DNA from: Octopus vulgaris
Lineage: Eukaryota
Reading direction: 5' to 3'
Assembly: GCA_951406725.2 (NCBI GenBank)
Contig: OX597814.1
Location: 45,818,001 to 45,882,000 of the forward strand
Length of the DNA: 64,000 bases
Shown: in pieces, positions 1 through 11,429 of the stretch
Numbering within the stretch: position 1 is the stretch's first letter
Layout of the letters: each line of letters opens with the position of its first letter
The notes under the pieces: generated by a model
Databases searched by the model: none
What the model was told of the DNA's origin: nothing
The model's input: only the letters and a program-made list of their open reading frames with translations
Translations under genes and position numbers: made by a program

Positions 1-1106
1 CGCAGATGCTCAGAAAACAGATTCCATCACATGCCAGTGGAAGAAACTGGAAGTAGTTGATAGCTTCCGCTACCTAGGTGACCAAGTCTGTAGTGGGGTT
101 GGGTGCTCAGAGAGCATTGCCACTAGAATAAGAATAGCTTGGGCAAAGTTCAGAAAGCTCCTACCGCTACTGGTAACAAAGGGCCTCTCACTCAGAGTGA
201 AAGGCAGAATGTATGATGCATGTGTGCAAACTGCCATGCTACACAGCAGTGAAACATGGGCCGTGACTGCTAAAGACGTGCGTAGGCTTGAAAGAAATGA
301 AGCTAGTGTGATCCACTGGATGTGTAATGTCAGTGTGCACACACGACAGAGTGTAAGCATCTTGAGAGAAATATTGGACATAAGAAGCATCAGATGTGGT
401 GTGCAAGAGAGACAAATGCACTGGTATGGTCATGTGCTGCGTATGAATGAGGAGAGCTGTGCGAAGAAGTGTCACTCCCTAACACTGGAAGGAACTCATG
501 GAAGAGGGAGACCCAGGAAGACATGGGATGAGGTGGTGAAACATGACCTTCGAACGTTGAGCCTCACAGAGGCAATGAAGAAAGATCGAGACCTCTGGAA
601 ATATGCTGTGATTGAGAAGACCTGGCAAGTAAAGGGAGATCACAGCTGTAGCCTATATCAATGCTGCATAACTAACCCATTTAAAAAGTACCTTGAATCG
701 TCGGGCAACACGCTGTGCTTGAGGAGACCTGTTGAGTCAAGTAAAATCAAAAATCAAGTCACAATCAAATAGAAATTGTAGTTGTGGCTGATGCCAGTGC
801 CGCTTGACTGGCTCCCTGTGCTGGTGGCATGTAAGAAGCCAGCCCTGACTGGCTCCTATGCCTGTAGCACATAAAAAGTACCATATGAATGTGGCCGATG
901 CCAGTACCGCCTGACTGGCACCTGTGCTGGTGGCACGTAAAAAGCACCCACTGCATTCTCGGAGTGGTTGGCGTTAGGAAGGGCATCCAGCTGTAGAAAC
1001 CTTACCAGATCAGATTGGAGCCTGGTGTGGCCTCCTGGTTTGCCAGTCCCCAGTCAAACCGTCTAACCCATGCCAGCATGGAAAGCAGACGTTAAATGAT
1101 GATGAT
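1..1106 (+). mobile_element. RTE-clade LINE, 3' part (RT C-terminus, 3' UTR with hairpin repeats, (GAT)n tail)
   Basis: Frame open from base 2 to 772: LEVVDSFRYLGDQ...RIRIAWAKFRKLLPLL...MLHSSETW...WYGHVLRM...GRGRPRKTW, typical of the RTE RT C-terminus. Ends CCATGCCAGCATGGAAAGCAGACGTTAAATGATGATGAT. Highly similar to 37830-38995. Confidence 0.93.
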
Positions 1107-2154
1107 ATATATATATATATCATGAAACTGGAAACTCTTTGGTATTATTTTCCAATTTCCTGTTTTTTCAAATTTCAATTTTAATATGTATTTTGAACTA
1201 ACATACAGAAGCTACTGAGACTATATATTGGATTATAATAATGGAATACGCAGATGTGCTTCAAGAGGAAACAACCCTAACTACCTACATGATATATATA
1301 TATATATATATACACAAATGTGTGTGTGTGTGTGTGTTTGCATGTATACATGGAGGGATATGGTAAATAAAACACTCAGTCTTTACCAAGGCATGTATAT
1401 CAAAGATGAAGTGAAATATTTCCAAGCAAAGATGGTAAGTATTGTGTTGCTTTTCTAGTTATCTTCACTGCACAATACAGAACTTATCACTACTGTGCCA
1501 AGCAAAAACTTGTAGGGAAATGTATAAATGATTGACTTGATCCCTATACATGTTGTACAAATCATACTGACTCCAAAAGGATAAATGTAAAATTAATCCT
1601 GGCAGGATTTCAACTTAGATTGATGAAATTTAACAAACCAAGTCACTCATTCATTTTGACGATGATAATAAAGTATGTTCTGCTTGTTTAAAATAAAATA
1701 TTTTTTCCTATGACTTGTAGAAAATGTTGAAACCCAAATTTGGGAACATAACCAGTGAATAACCTCTTACGTTCTCAATGTTTAATCAATATGCAATAAA
1801 GAACTTCTGCATCAACAATAGTATATAGTTTCATTGATTTATAAGTAAGATGGAACAAGAAATGATGAGTGTATAACAATACTTTCTTGATATCTTAGAA
1901 TAAAACAAAAATGACCCTTGAAAATCATGTCTTTTTACTGGTTTCATTCATTGAACTGAAGCCAAAGTGGGTACTGCTTTCAAGAATTTTAGCCAATTTT
2001 ATTGACATCTAGAACTTGTTTCAATCTGGTAATTATTTCATCTTTATTTATTCACTAAACTATCTTCTGACACAAAAATATACAACACAGTTTTACACTG
2101 GTATATACATCAGATATAAAAACACACACATCATCACCTCAAACAAGCAATCCT

Positions 2155-2320
2155 CTATAGAGTCACTCAACTTGTTAGAAGTAGCAGCCAAATTACCCTC
2201 AAATCACACATATCTTTCTTTATTAAATTAGGTGATGTATTTCTGCACACTCCTAAAAGGATAGAGCAGTGGTGGCTGGAATATGCCAGGGATGATCTGA
2301 GGAGCAGAATGACTAACTTA
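2155..2320 (+). repeat. Degenerate copy of an unclassified interspersed repeat (core GCTAGAAATAGCAGCCAAATC...CTCAAATCAC)
   Basis: Related cores seen at about 23240-23500 (-), 43310-43510 (+), 47410-47620 (+) and 48470-48630 (-). Confidence 0.55.
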
Positions 2321-3217
2321 TAAACACAAAGCACTCTTATCTTTTATGTATAGTGATATTCTTTATTACTAACAGATTTTGTTCTTGAAGAAGAGTTATT
2401 AGGTAACATGAGAAGTGATGGTGATAAATGTTTTTTTTAAAAACGAAAAAACAGGCGAAACCAAAACAAAAAGCCTACACACAAAAGAACAAATTCAGTC
2501 ATGAATGAAACATTCAAAGAGAAACAAAATAAATTAAACCTGCATATATATACATACATACATACATACATACATTATATATATATATATAAACTGTGAA
2601 ATTTATATGTTTGTGACACAATGTGGGAGTACAAAGAATGACTCAAATGACAAAAGACAGCCACTAGAACATAAAGAGATCATTTGACTTCAATTTGGAA
2701 TTCAAATGTATCATGCCATCAACTCATGACAACACTAGAAACAGTAATCCAAAATATGAATGACACAATAATCATCAACACAACGAGATAATATATAATC
2801 AACTATTGATCAAAAGAAACAGAGGTTATTAGATTAATGAATCTCACTCTATGCAATTTCCTGATCACATATGTTTTTGCTCTTCCAAGTTTCTGTATGG
2901 TAGAATACAGAAGGCAACTCTTCCTTTTTAAAACTGTACCAACAAATTGTATCAAAATTTGAATACTCATCATGAGTCTTTCAATTTTAAGAAAAACCAA
3001 CTAGATAAACACCAACCATTTCCCCAATTCAAATAGCTTAAAAACCAAGCATTTTCTTTCTCAATTATCCTTTAGAGAAGTGGTGCTAATTTTTTATCAT
3101 TTAAATTAAACAACATACAAATTACTCAGTCTTTACACACACAAACACACTACTTTTAACACTTTAGGGGAGTGGATTAATTTGATAAGTTTAGTGTCAC
3201 TAAATATTCATTTTGAA

Positions 3218-3750
3218 TTACTGGTGATGAGTATGAGGAGAAACAATACTAGCTTGAACAGAGTTCCAGAGAGAGACAGCTCTCAGGAAATATAAATTAT
3301 AAAATTTGAAAGTTGCTACAATGATGTAATTAGGATCATAAGGAGATAAATTTAGTGAATTTATAGTATAGCTTTTGGTGGTAGGTTTAGTCAAAGTAGC
3401 AAAGTTTATTGTAGGATACATCCTGGTGAGAGACCAGTGCATAAATGAAAGTTTGACAATCATGCTGTTTCTTAGATGTGGCTTGGAATATGTCTAGTAT
3501 ATTAGTATGATGTGCTGTTCCTCATACATGAGCAACACTAATTTAAGGCCCAAAATGAAGAGCTATTTACACTTGAAATATTGTTTTGTTTTCAAAAGGA
3601 AACCTAGCCTTTGTGATACTTTGTTATGTGAAGTATGTACAGCTTTCATGAGATACCATAGATTGTCAATTTTCCGTGTAAGGAGTGTTGATAACGGATA
3701 CAGTGTTAATGGCATGTGTAAATAAGTGTAGCAATTAAGTTTTAGCACCA
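3218..3750 (-). mobile_element. Degraded CR1/L2/Jockey-like LINE, RT C-terminal region
   Basis: Minus-strand peptides HNKVSQRLGFLLKTKQYF, VAHV*GTAH and YFLRAVSLWNSVQASIV resemble the K.SQRLG.L / CSH.W / FFPR...WNSLP motifs of LINE ORF2 C-termini. Several stops and frameshifts. Confidence 0.65.
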
Positions 3751-3804
3751 TTCAAAGAAATTGGGTTGTAAGGTCACAATTGCAGGATGTATAAAAAAAA
3801 AAAG

Positions 3805-4180
3805 AAGTTTGCTTTGCAATTACAAGGTTTGGGGCTGAGTCCCAGTGCAGCATCTTGGGCTAGTGTCTTCTACCATAGCCCTGGGGTGGCCAATATCTTA
3901 CTAGTGAATTTGATAAGCAGAAACTGTGTGGAAGCCTGTCACATGCGTGTGCATCAATTATTTGCAATCTTTAAATATAATATCCTCTGGGAAATTTGTG
4001 AAGTAATGAATGCCTGTTCATCGTACTGTTTGTGTTCAAAGACGAGGGTAAATATAACATTGCTTGGAAACAGGAGAGTGTTGGCATTAGGAAGAGCATC
4101 TGATTAGAAATCTGCTTCAATAAGTCTCAGTTGACCCATGCAAGAATGGAAAAGTAAACATTAAAATAATAATGATGAAG
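3805..4180 (+). mobile_element. Old tRNA-derived SINE with RTE-type 3' tail
   Basis: Head and core (CTTGGGCTAGTGTCTTCTACCATAGCC) match the SINE at 17996-18397. The 3' end GGCATTAGGAAGAGCATC...CCCATGCAAGAATGGAAAAG...AATGATG matches the RTE tail. Confidence 0.7.
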
Positions 4181-4349
4181 ATTAGTCTAGAGGAGGGGCT
4201 GTATCCAGTAACTATACAGATCTATGTGATTCTGCCATCCACTGCGCTACTAAACTATTTATAATATTACATATGAATCTAGATGTATAGAAAACACCAG
4301 AGTAACAATAAAAATGATATAGATGGATACTGAATAAAACAAATAAAGG

Positions 4350-5010
4350 ATATCATTTCTCCCACAACTCATCTTAAAACTCACATTCTTTCATTAACAA
4401 CAAGATTATTCACTATATATCTCCACTATACTTTACATTGTCTCCCTTTTACTCTCATTTATCCCCTCTTCTTCATCCTTGACCCAATACAATTTCCTTC
4501 ACATCTTCCCCAAACTAATACTCATCACTGACTGTGTCTCTAGCTATGTGTTCTATTTACTGCACCTACCTCTATTCCCTTCTCTAACCATCTATTAGTT
4601 TCCTTTCACACCCTTGGGAACTTACCTACCCTTCCCTTCAATTCCTCCATTCCAATTCTTTCCCTTATATTCACCTTGTACTTTGAAGGTACACTTTTAC
4701 CATGTCTTTTCTCCCATTCCAGCTAAGAAGCATGTATCTCCTCTTCAGTAAGAGGCCTGTTCTTGTCCCTCTATTATACTTTAACCTCTCAACACCTGGT
4801 ATAAAACTACCTCCCTTAATAATACACTCTAACTGAGTTGAGGGGTATCTCATCTTGCAAGTTGCTTGGTGACCACATTTATATTCTGCAAATAAATTGC
4901 AATAGGAGGGGCATCCAGCCATAGAAATCATACAGTTCTCTATCTTGTTGGTTCCTGTCAAACTGTCCAATCCATGTCAGCATGGAATACGGACATTAAG
5001 CAATAATGAA
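4350..5010 (+). mobile_element. Degraded repeat with pyrimidine-rich body and RTE-type 3' tail
   Basis: Ends GGGCATCCAGCCATAGAAA...CCATGTCAGCATGGAATACGGACATTAAG. Similar in organisation to 26040-26940 (-). Confidence 0.45.
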
Positions 5011-8000
5011 TGGGTACAAAATATTTATATTTTTATCTGTAAAATGTATTAACATTCATGCCTTTCCTCACAGCACAGGCAAAACAAAATTGTTTTTATA
5101 AGAATCTGAAGCCAATTTTGTGAGCATTAATTTATCATCAGAAGCAGACACAATGGTGCCAGTTTAGTTTGAAAAGAGGAGGCAAAAAATTCAGCTTTTC
5201 GATTTGTTAAATATAGCTAATAATTCATAGCAGCTGAACAAAGATTTGTACGTTGGTTATTTTTGGAAAATCAAAATTACAAGAAGACTGACATACAAAT
5301 GCCAAAATAGAGTAAATAAAAAAATAACTGAAAGTGATACCCGTATCGTGAAAGTCTCAGTGAGGTTTTATGTGACAGCTCAGCCTGCAAGTAATAACAA
5401 CCACATCTTCATTTCATACCCTAACATCGTGAAAAAGAAGAGATACATATTGAATGAAGCAGTTCTCAATATGCAATGCTCAAGAGAAAGGCAAGATAGG
5501 CAAAGCTGAAATGCTTTTGATTATAGATTTGCTCAATCAGGGCTGATCTGGAGCTAAAACAATTGTAACAGTGAATGCTTATATCCCTTAACAATAAGAG
5601 TATTAATTTTGTTAGTGTACAATTACAGAGAACTGAATAACTGATCACAGGCTAGGAAAAGAAAGCAAATAACATAATTGGCAAGGTTCTAAATTGCTGT
5701 CTAATAATTTGTGAATGTATACAAATGCTGTGCATAAATTATGAAATATTTAAATATCTGACTCGTCTATTCTTTTCTGGGTTTTGACTGATAAAAAAAG
5801 AAATAAATCCAAGAAAGGTAAGTACAGATTAAAATTTTACTTTCATTTAATAATATATTTTGTTGGAAGCCAAGCAGTGACATTTTCATCAGTAGAATTA
5901 CGTAAGTAGTAGTTTTTCTTTTAATCTACAGCAATTGCAAAAAGCACAACAAATGGTGAAGGCATGTCTTTCAGTGAGGAAAGCTTTATTGTATCTAGTG
6001 CAATGCCTAGCTGTTCTGTATCTAGATCCAAATGAGAAGACAACTGAAAGATCTACAAAGTGGAAAAAAAGGCTTATGTCACAATGTTCATCAATCCTTA
6101 AATTAAAAATGAAAACAGTCAGAAAAATCTTTTTAGATTGTTCCTTTGTAATGCTTTAATAAATGAAAAAAGCAAGGAGAAAGAGAATTAGCCAAGAGAT
6201 TTCAAGAAAATGGGCTCAGGAGTTATCAAAATATTAACATATATAATGAATTTTCAAGTGTTGGTCTTTCAAACAGTTTATGTATAACAGTTTTTCTTTT
6301 AATTTTATTTATGCCTTATGAATGACCTCACATATAGATTATTGGCTTAAGAGTGCAAAAGTCTGCTGAATTACTTTCCTCTACACTTCTAAATTTTATT
6401 CAATTTTTTTTATGTAAGTATAATTACTTCAATTCATGTACCCAACTTGTAAAATGTAGCCATTTATCCATTTTTCTACAAGTTTGTACACCATCATTAT
6501 TTTATTTTTAGCAACAAATATTTTGATGCCTTTAATTTCCATTCATTCATTTTTTTTTTTTAAGTTTCATCTTGGTACAATCTTTCATTTAAAAAATTTC
6601 ATATTTAGTCAGTCATACTAATTCCTTGCCAAATATTGTGTATTGAAAATTCTGTTTTGATAGGAGGTACTTTGCCATTTTGTATGCAAACAAAATCCTT
6701 TAAGAGTATACTTTAAGCTGTTGCTTGTGAATATCAATATAACATTTTATCACAATGCTGACACCAAACATATTACGTGTTGTCATATTTAATGGGAGAT
6801 TGTCTTCAAACACTAGTTGTAAACAAAACCCAATATATAATTTCAACAAGTACAAAATTTAGCAGAATACTATTTTGATTGTTGCTATGATTTTTCTCAT
6901 TACATGAACTGATTAAAACAAATCAAGTTTTAGGAAGTCATTATAGCAGTTATATATGAATAATAGTTATTATTAACAAAACAAGTTAATAACACTTTAC
7001 TCAGGTTACGAACACCACTTGAACCAATTTTGCAATAACTTTTAATTTAACCACTTTCTCTTAAGGTGGTGGGTGTGTGTTTAACTAATCCTAATCTAAA
7101 TGACTTCACTTATAGAAATTGTTATCTTGGTGGTGTCATCACAATATATCTGTTAGGGATAGGATTACAATGATAGCACACTGTCTACTGTTGGGTCATA
7201 ATAGACACCAACAAGTGACAAAATTTTACTAACTACAATAGCTACAAAATCTTAGTCAGAAATAACAGGTCATAGGAAAAAATATGACAATGGGGCATTG
7301 TCGAAGACAAGAACCAATTAAAGTGAAGTGTAATGTAAATTAAAATATCTGGAAATGATTGGCTTTCTTTCTTTTTATGATAGTGTTTTAAAGAGGAAAA
7401 AACTCAAGAGCTATACTCATATGAAGTGCTGGTAATGTTTTAAATTAGCCAATGATATTAGCTAGCCAAAGGTAGTTATGATTGAGCTGATCTACCTTAA
7501 AACAAAGAAATCAAATGAAACATATTGTATCAGATATTTAATGGAGGTATTTCGACTTTATAAATCCAGAGTGGTATATTTTCCTTCTAGCTATTAACAG
7601 TACTTGTTTCAAAAGGACTGTGAAAGAAAAACAAATTGAAGAGGCTAAAAAAAAGATGCAATATATTTGGACCTATTTCTCAATGGTTTTCTATATGGAT
7701 GATATACTCTTTCACTTAACTTTTTATATACAAGTATCATCCACATACAACATTGTTTCCATGAAGAGAAACCTTCAAATTATTTTCTAACAGGACCATA
7801 TAAATCATGTCTCCTTCAATAGTGCTACAAGTCAATCACTGTATACATCAAAGGAACAATCTTTTAAACCCCTCCCAATTATGAATATTATTACAAACTA
7901 AAACCTCTAAGTTAATAGCAAAGTTAGACTTCTCAATTACTGATCTATGCTAGTGATTTCACATCCACAGATTAACCAAAACTTCATCATAGAGACTGGT

Positions 8001-9457
8001 CTTTCTTTTCAAGGTCAGAAAATACTTTAGCTACCAACAGTTGCTCTCTACAAAAAGTCATGTGAAACCTGCAATGGAATGGCAATGCTGCTACACATAT
8101 GAACATCCTAGATTACATTTCCAAAAAAGGTCACCTAAATGATCAGCATAGATTATTCACAAACACACGCTATCATCATCTTATTTTCATTTCTACTGTT
8201 ATAACAATGGCCACTCATTTTTAAAGGCTGGTTGATCTCATGCCACTTAACTCATTTGTTTCTCTTCCTCTTTTTCCTAAGAGTGTTTACAATTCCAAAT
8301 CTTGCACCAACTACTATTCCTTAACTTTCTGCCATAGACCATAATTTTCTTCCAGCCACTGACTTGTAATTGTTCAAGAAGAACATAAACCATAGTGATT
8401 TTAGAGCATCTACAAAAGCCATGAGCACAGCTTCTTCCTCTAATTAAAAAACAACAATTAGTTCTATATTAGGAATATTTTTGAATGACAGGAAAACCTG
8501 GATGCCAATATAAAGATAACTCTTTAGATTGATGTCCCCCACACCTATTTTTAAAGACTTTTTCACTGTTCACTTTCTGCATATATTCTATCTACTGTTC
8601 ATGCAGTTTTTGGTTACTTTTTCTGATGAGTTGTAGTGCACCTTAGCACTGTATACAATAGGTTCATTATTATATATTCCTTGCTTAGCTCTAAAATAAT
8701 ATTGAGGTTATATCTGCTAAGGTAATGTGGAACCAAATGTAGCAAACAAGAACAATACATAGATTGTTCATATGTCAGTTAATGTCAAGAATAAATAAAT
8801 TTTTTGAGTAAATTTGAAAATTAGTGTATGAGGGAAATCGTGTAACATATCACAACATAAATTTATATATTTCATAAGAATGCTTTTAGCCTTAAATTTT
8901 TAGAATAAGGCTAGAATAAATTAATTCATATTCTTGGTACATATTCATATTCTTGTTTAGAATGAATGCTTATCACAAAGGTAGCTAAAATTGGCTTGCT
9001 ACCACCTGAAATTGGCTCAACTCAAAATGGACACAAAAGTATTTTGTATAGGGGGAAAATGTAAAATACAGATTTTAAATATCTATGAACCACATTTTTC
9101 TTTTATTTTCCATTCAAGCTATTTTCTCTTGGCCCCAGACTGCAGCTATGGTATAACCTGCATATGTATTAAAATAAGAGACCTGCTCTTTTGTCAGCAT
9201 GTTATTCTGGCTTCGGTCAGCTGAACTGAATAAGTAAAAATAATTGTCATCTCTCTTTGAACTCAAAGTTTATAATTACACTGAAGAGGTCCCACTTCAG
9301 TTGAAATATGCATATACAATTGGAATTTTATGATTTAAAAAAATTTTCTTCATTACTATGAAATAGACTAAATATGATTCTACAATGGAATTTTAATTAT
9401 GATTTTTAAGAATTAGGTATGTATTCGCTCCCTCACAGAGAAAAAAAAAATGAACAA

Positions 9458-9624
9458 CCCCATAGCATTTAAACTGGCCATATTTGGCTTAAATGTTCTA
9501 CTTTATTTTGTGTTCAAACTGGCCAGATTCAGCCTTTCAATCATTGAAATCTTGAAACTGCAAGATTAATTCAAAACAATGTGATTAAATAAGTATTACA
9601 TTTGATAATCTGAATGCTAAAAGG
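9458..9624. mobile_element. Short MITE with piggyBac-like (TTAA) ends
   Basis: Left CCCCATAGCATTTA and right TGAATGCTAAAAGG followed by TTAA form an imperfect TIR pair. Confidence 0.55.
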
Positions 9625-10171
9625 TTAAGTTGATGATTATAGACTATATAAATGGACGCATTAACATTTTACTAGGGGCTGCAAAGAATTGGAAGCTTAA
9701 ACTTGTCACATCATCAAACCTCATTATAAAAAAAAAAGAAAGAAAGAAAGAAGGAATATAAAGCTCAATAAAATAATCTACTTTTAATTTTGAAAATACA
9801 TATAATAGTAGCTTTTTATTAAGTAAAATTCTTGGAATATAAAGTAATATGTGTGTGTATACTTATATATATTACAGTTGTGGTTTCAAATTTCACTAAC
9901 GTCAACTCTGCCTCTCATTCTTCAGGAGGCAATAAAATAAAGTACCTGTCATATAAGTGACTGTACCTCTTTACACACATTTTTGACCTTGTATTTCATT
10001 TAAAAAAGTTATGATTTTGACCACTATTAAAGACTTCACTATCATTATTATGATTGTTGCAATGGTTAATAAATAATTAATTACAGTTATTAATTATTAA
10101 TCATTACTATTATTGTTGTTATTTTTGCTATTGTTACTTGTTTGACTGCTACTACTACTACTATTATTATA

Positions 10172-10392
10172 AGGCAGCAAGCTGGCAGAATCGTTAGCAT
10201 GCTGGGCAAAGTGCTTAGTAGTATTTTACCTGTCTTTATGTTCTGAGTTCAAATTCTGCCAAGGTCAATTTTGCCTTTCACCCTTTTGGGGTCAATAAGT
10301 ACCAGTGGAGTACTGGGGTTGATGTAATCAACTAGTCCCCTCCCACTAAATTTCAGGCTTCGTGCCTTTAGTAGAAGGGATTATTATTATTA
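10172..10392 (+). mobile_element. tRNA-derived SINE family 2 (core GCCTTTCATCCTTTCGGGGTCGATAAA..AAGTACC-like), (ATT)n tail
   Basis: A-box-like TGGCAGAATCG and B-box-like GAGTTCAAATTC. Multiple related copies in the window (19459, 31754, 43923, 57970). Confidence 0.85.
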
Positions 10393-10932
10393 TACTTTGT
10401 TGTTTTTACTTTGTTCATTCTTTTTTTGACAGGTAGTTCTATGCATTTTCTTGGTTTATTGTTTTTCACAATGACCACTCAGGACTGGACAACTTGATAT
10501 GGTTTTCTTGAGTGCCTATGAGCATGTTAAGTAGTTAGTCTTGGCATACGTATATTTAAGTATTCATGTATGTGGGTGTTTGTGTATATCCATGCACATT
10601 CACAGCTTATTTCCTCTACTCCCTTCTAATGACCTGGACAAAATGCAGGATAGTAATTTGAGGCAATGACGTATGTATATTTAGCAATTCCTGTGAGTCC
10701 TAGTTTCTCTCTCTTTCCGCTGTCAGAATGAGGTATTGTATCTTTCCACCTAGTGTCCATTTGTCCTATGAACTGGTGACAGGTTGTGAAAACTCCATAA
10801 GCCACTGGAGTGACAATCTATTACATCTATCTGTAACACAAATACACGAGAAACTAAAATGGAGCACTTTTTAAAATGGTGTATTACATTATTTATATTT
10901 GAACGATATTTGTCCTCATCTTGTTTGTTGTT

Positions 10933-10978
10933 AACACAACGTTTCGGCTGATGTACCCTCCAGCCTTCATCAGGTGTC
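10933..10978 (-). ncRNA. Minimal type-I hammerhead ribozyme motif (left arm)
   Basis: Minus strand reads GACAC-CUGAUGA-A-GGCUG(gagggtacat)CAGCC-GAAAC-GUU-GUGUU. Stem I and a perfect 5-bp stem II are present, with palindromic AACGUU in place of stem III. One extra A before stem II. Confidence 0.75.
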
Positions 10979-11147
10979 TTGGGGAAATTTTGAACCTGGG
11001 TACTCATTCCTAAGGTATTTTTTCAATGTTGTTGTTGTTATTATTATTATTATTATTATTGTTGAGGTCACTGCCTGGAATCAAACTTGGAATCTTGGGG
11101 TTAGTAGCCTGTACTCTTAACTACTACGCCATGTGTCCATGGACATA

Positions 11148-11202
11148 TGGCGTAGTGGTTAAGAGCACAGGCTACTAACCCCAAGATTCCAAGTTCGATT
11201 CC
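11148..11202 (+). promoter_or_regulatory. Pol III type-2 internal promoter (A and B boxes) in a tRNA-like head
   Basis: A-box TGGCGTAGTGG at 11148-11158, anticodon-loop-like CTACTAA, B-box AGTTCGATTCC at 11192-11202. Mirrored on the minus strand in the left arm. Confidence 0.75.
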
Positions 11203-11297
11203 AGGCAGTGACCTCGACAACAACAACAATAATAATAATAACAACAACATTGAAAAAATACCTTAGGAATGAGTACCCAGGTTCAAAATTTCCCCAA

Positions 11298-11343
11298 GAC
11301 ACCTGATGAAGGCTGAAGGGTACATCAACCGAAACGTTGTGTT
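11298..11343 (+). ncRNA. Minimal type-I hammerhead ribozyme motif (right arm)
   Basis: GACAC-CTGATGA-A-GGCTG(aagggtacat)CAACC-GAAAC-GTT-GTGTT, with one mismatch in stem II. Confidence 0.7.
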
Positions 11344-11429
11344 AACAACATACAAAATGAGGACAAATATCTGTCAAATGTAAATAATTCCTCATCTCTT
11401 AAATATAGAACTGTATGGTGTATTACATT

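Larger units (their letters stand above)
10891..11414. mobile_element. Fold-back non-autonomous retroelement: two head-to-head copies of [tRNA-like head-(AAC/AAT)n-hammerhead motif], 15-bp flanking direct repeat
   Basis: Near-perfect inverted repeat 10888-11388 centred on CCA|TGG (11139/11140). Unpaired 26-nt tail at 11389-11414. ATGGTGTATTACATT at 10876-10890 and 11415-11429. Confidence 0.9.

Noticed and set aside
5985-6035. PCNA similarity (DLDTEQLGI) on the minus strand
   Set aside because: Match limited to ~9 residues; flanking sequence does not follow PCNA.
7560-8450. Very old LINE RT remnant (LIYASDF resembling YADD)
   Set aside because: Too degraded to support by eye.
9115-9225. Minus-strand MLTKEQVSYFNTYAGY resembling a PhyH dioxygenase N-terminus
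   Set aside because: Spacing is off by one residue and a stop follows soon after; probably chance.
11141-11213. Functional tRNA gene (ACT anticodon)
   Set aside because: Acceptor and anticodon stems pair poorly, and the sequence lies in a repeat arm; treated as a SINE head.
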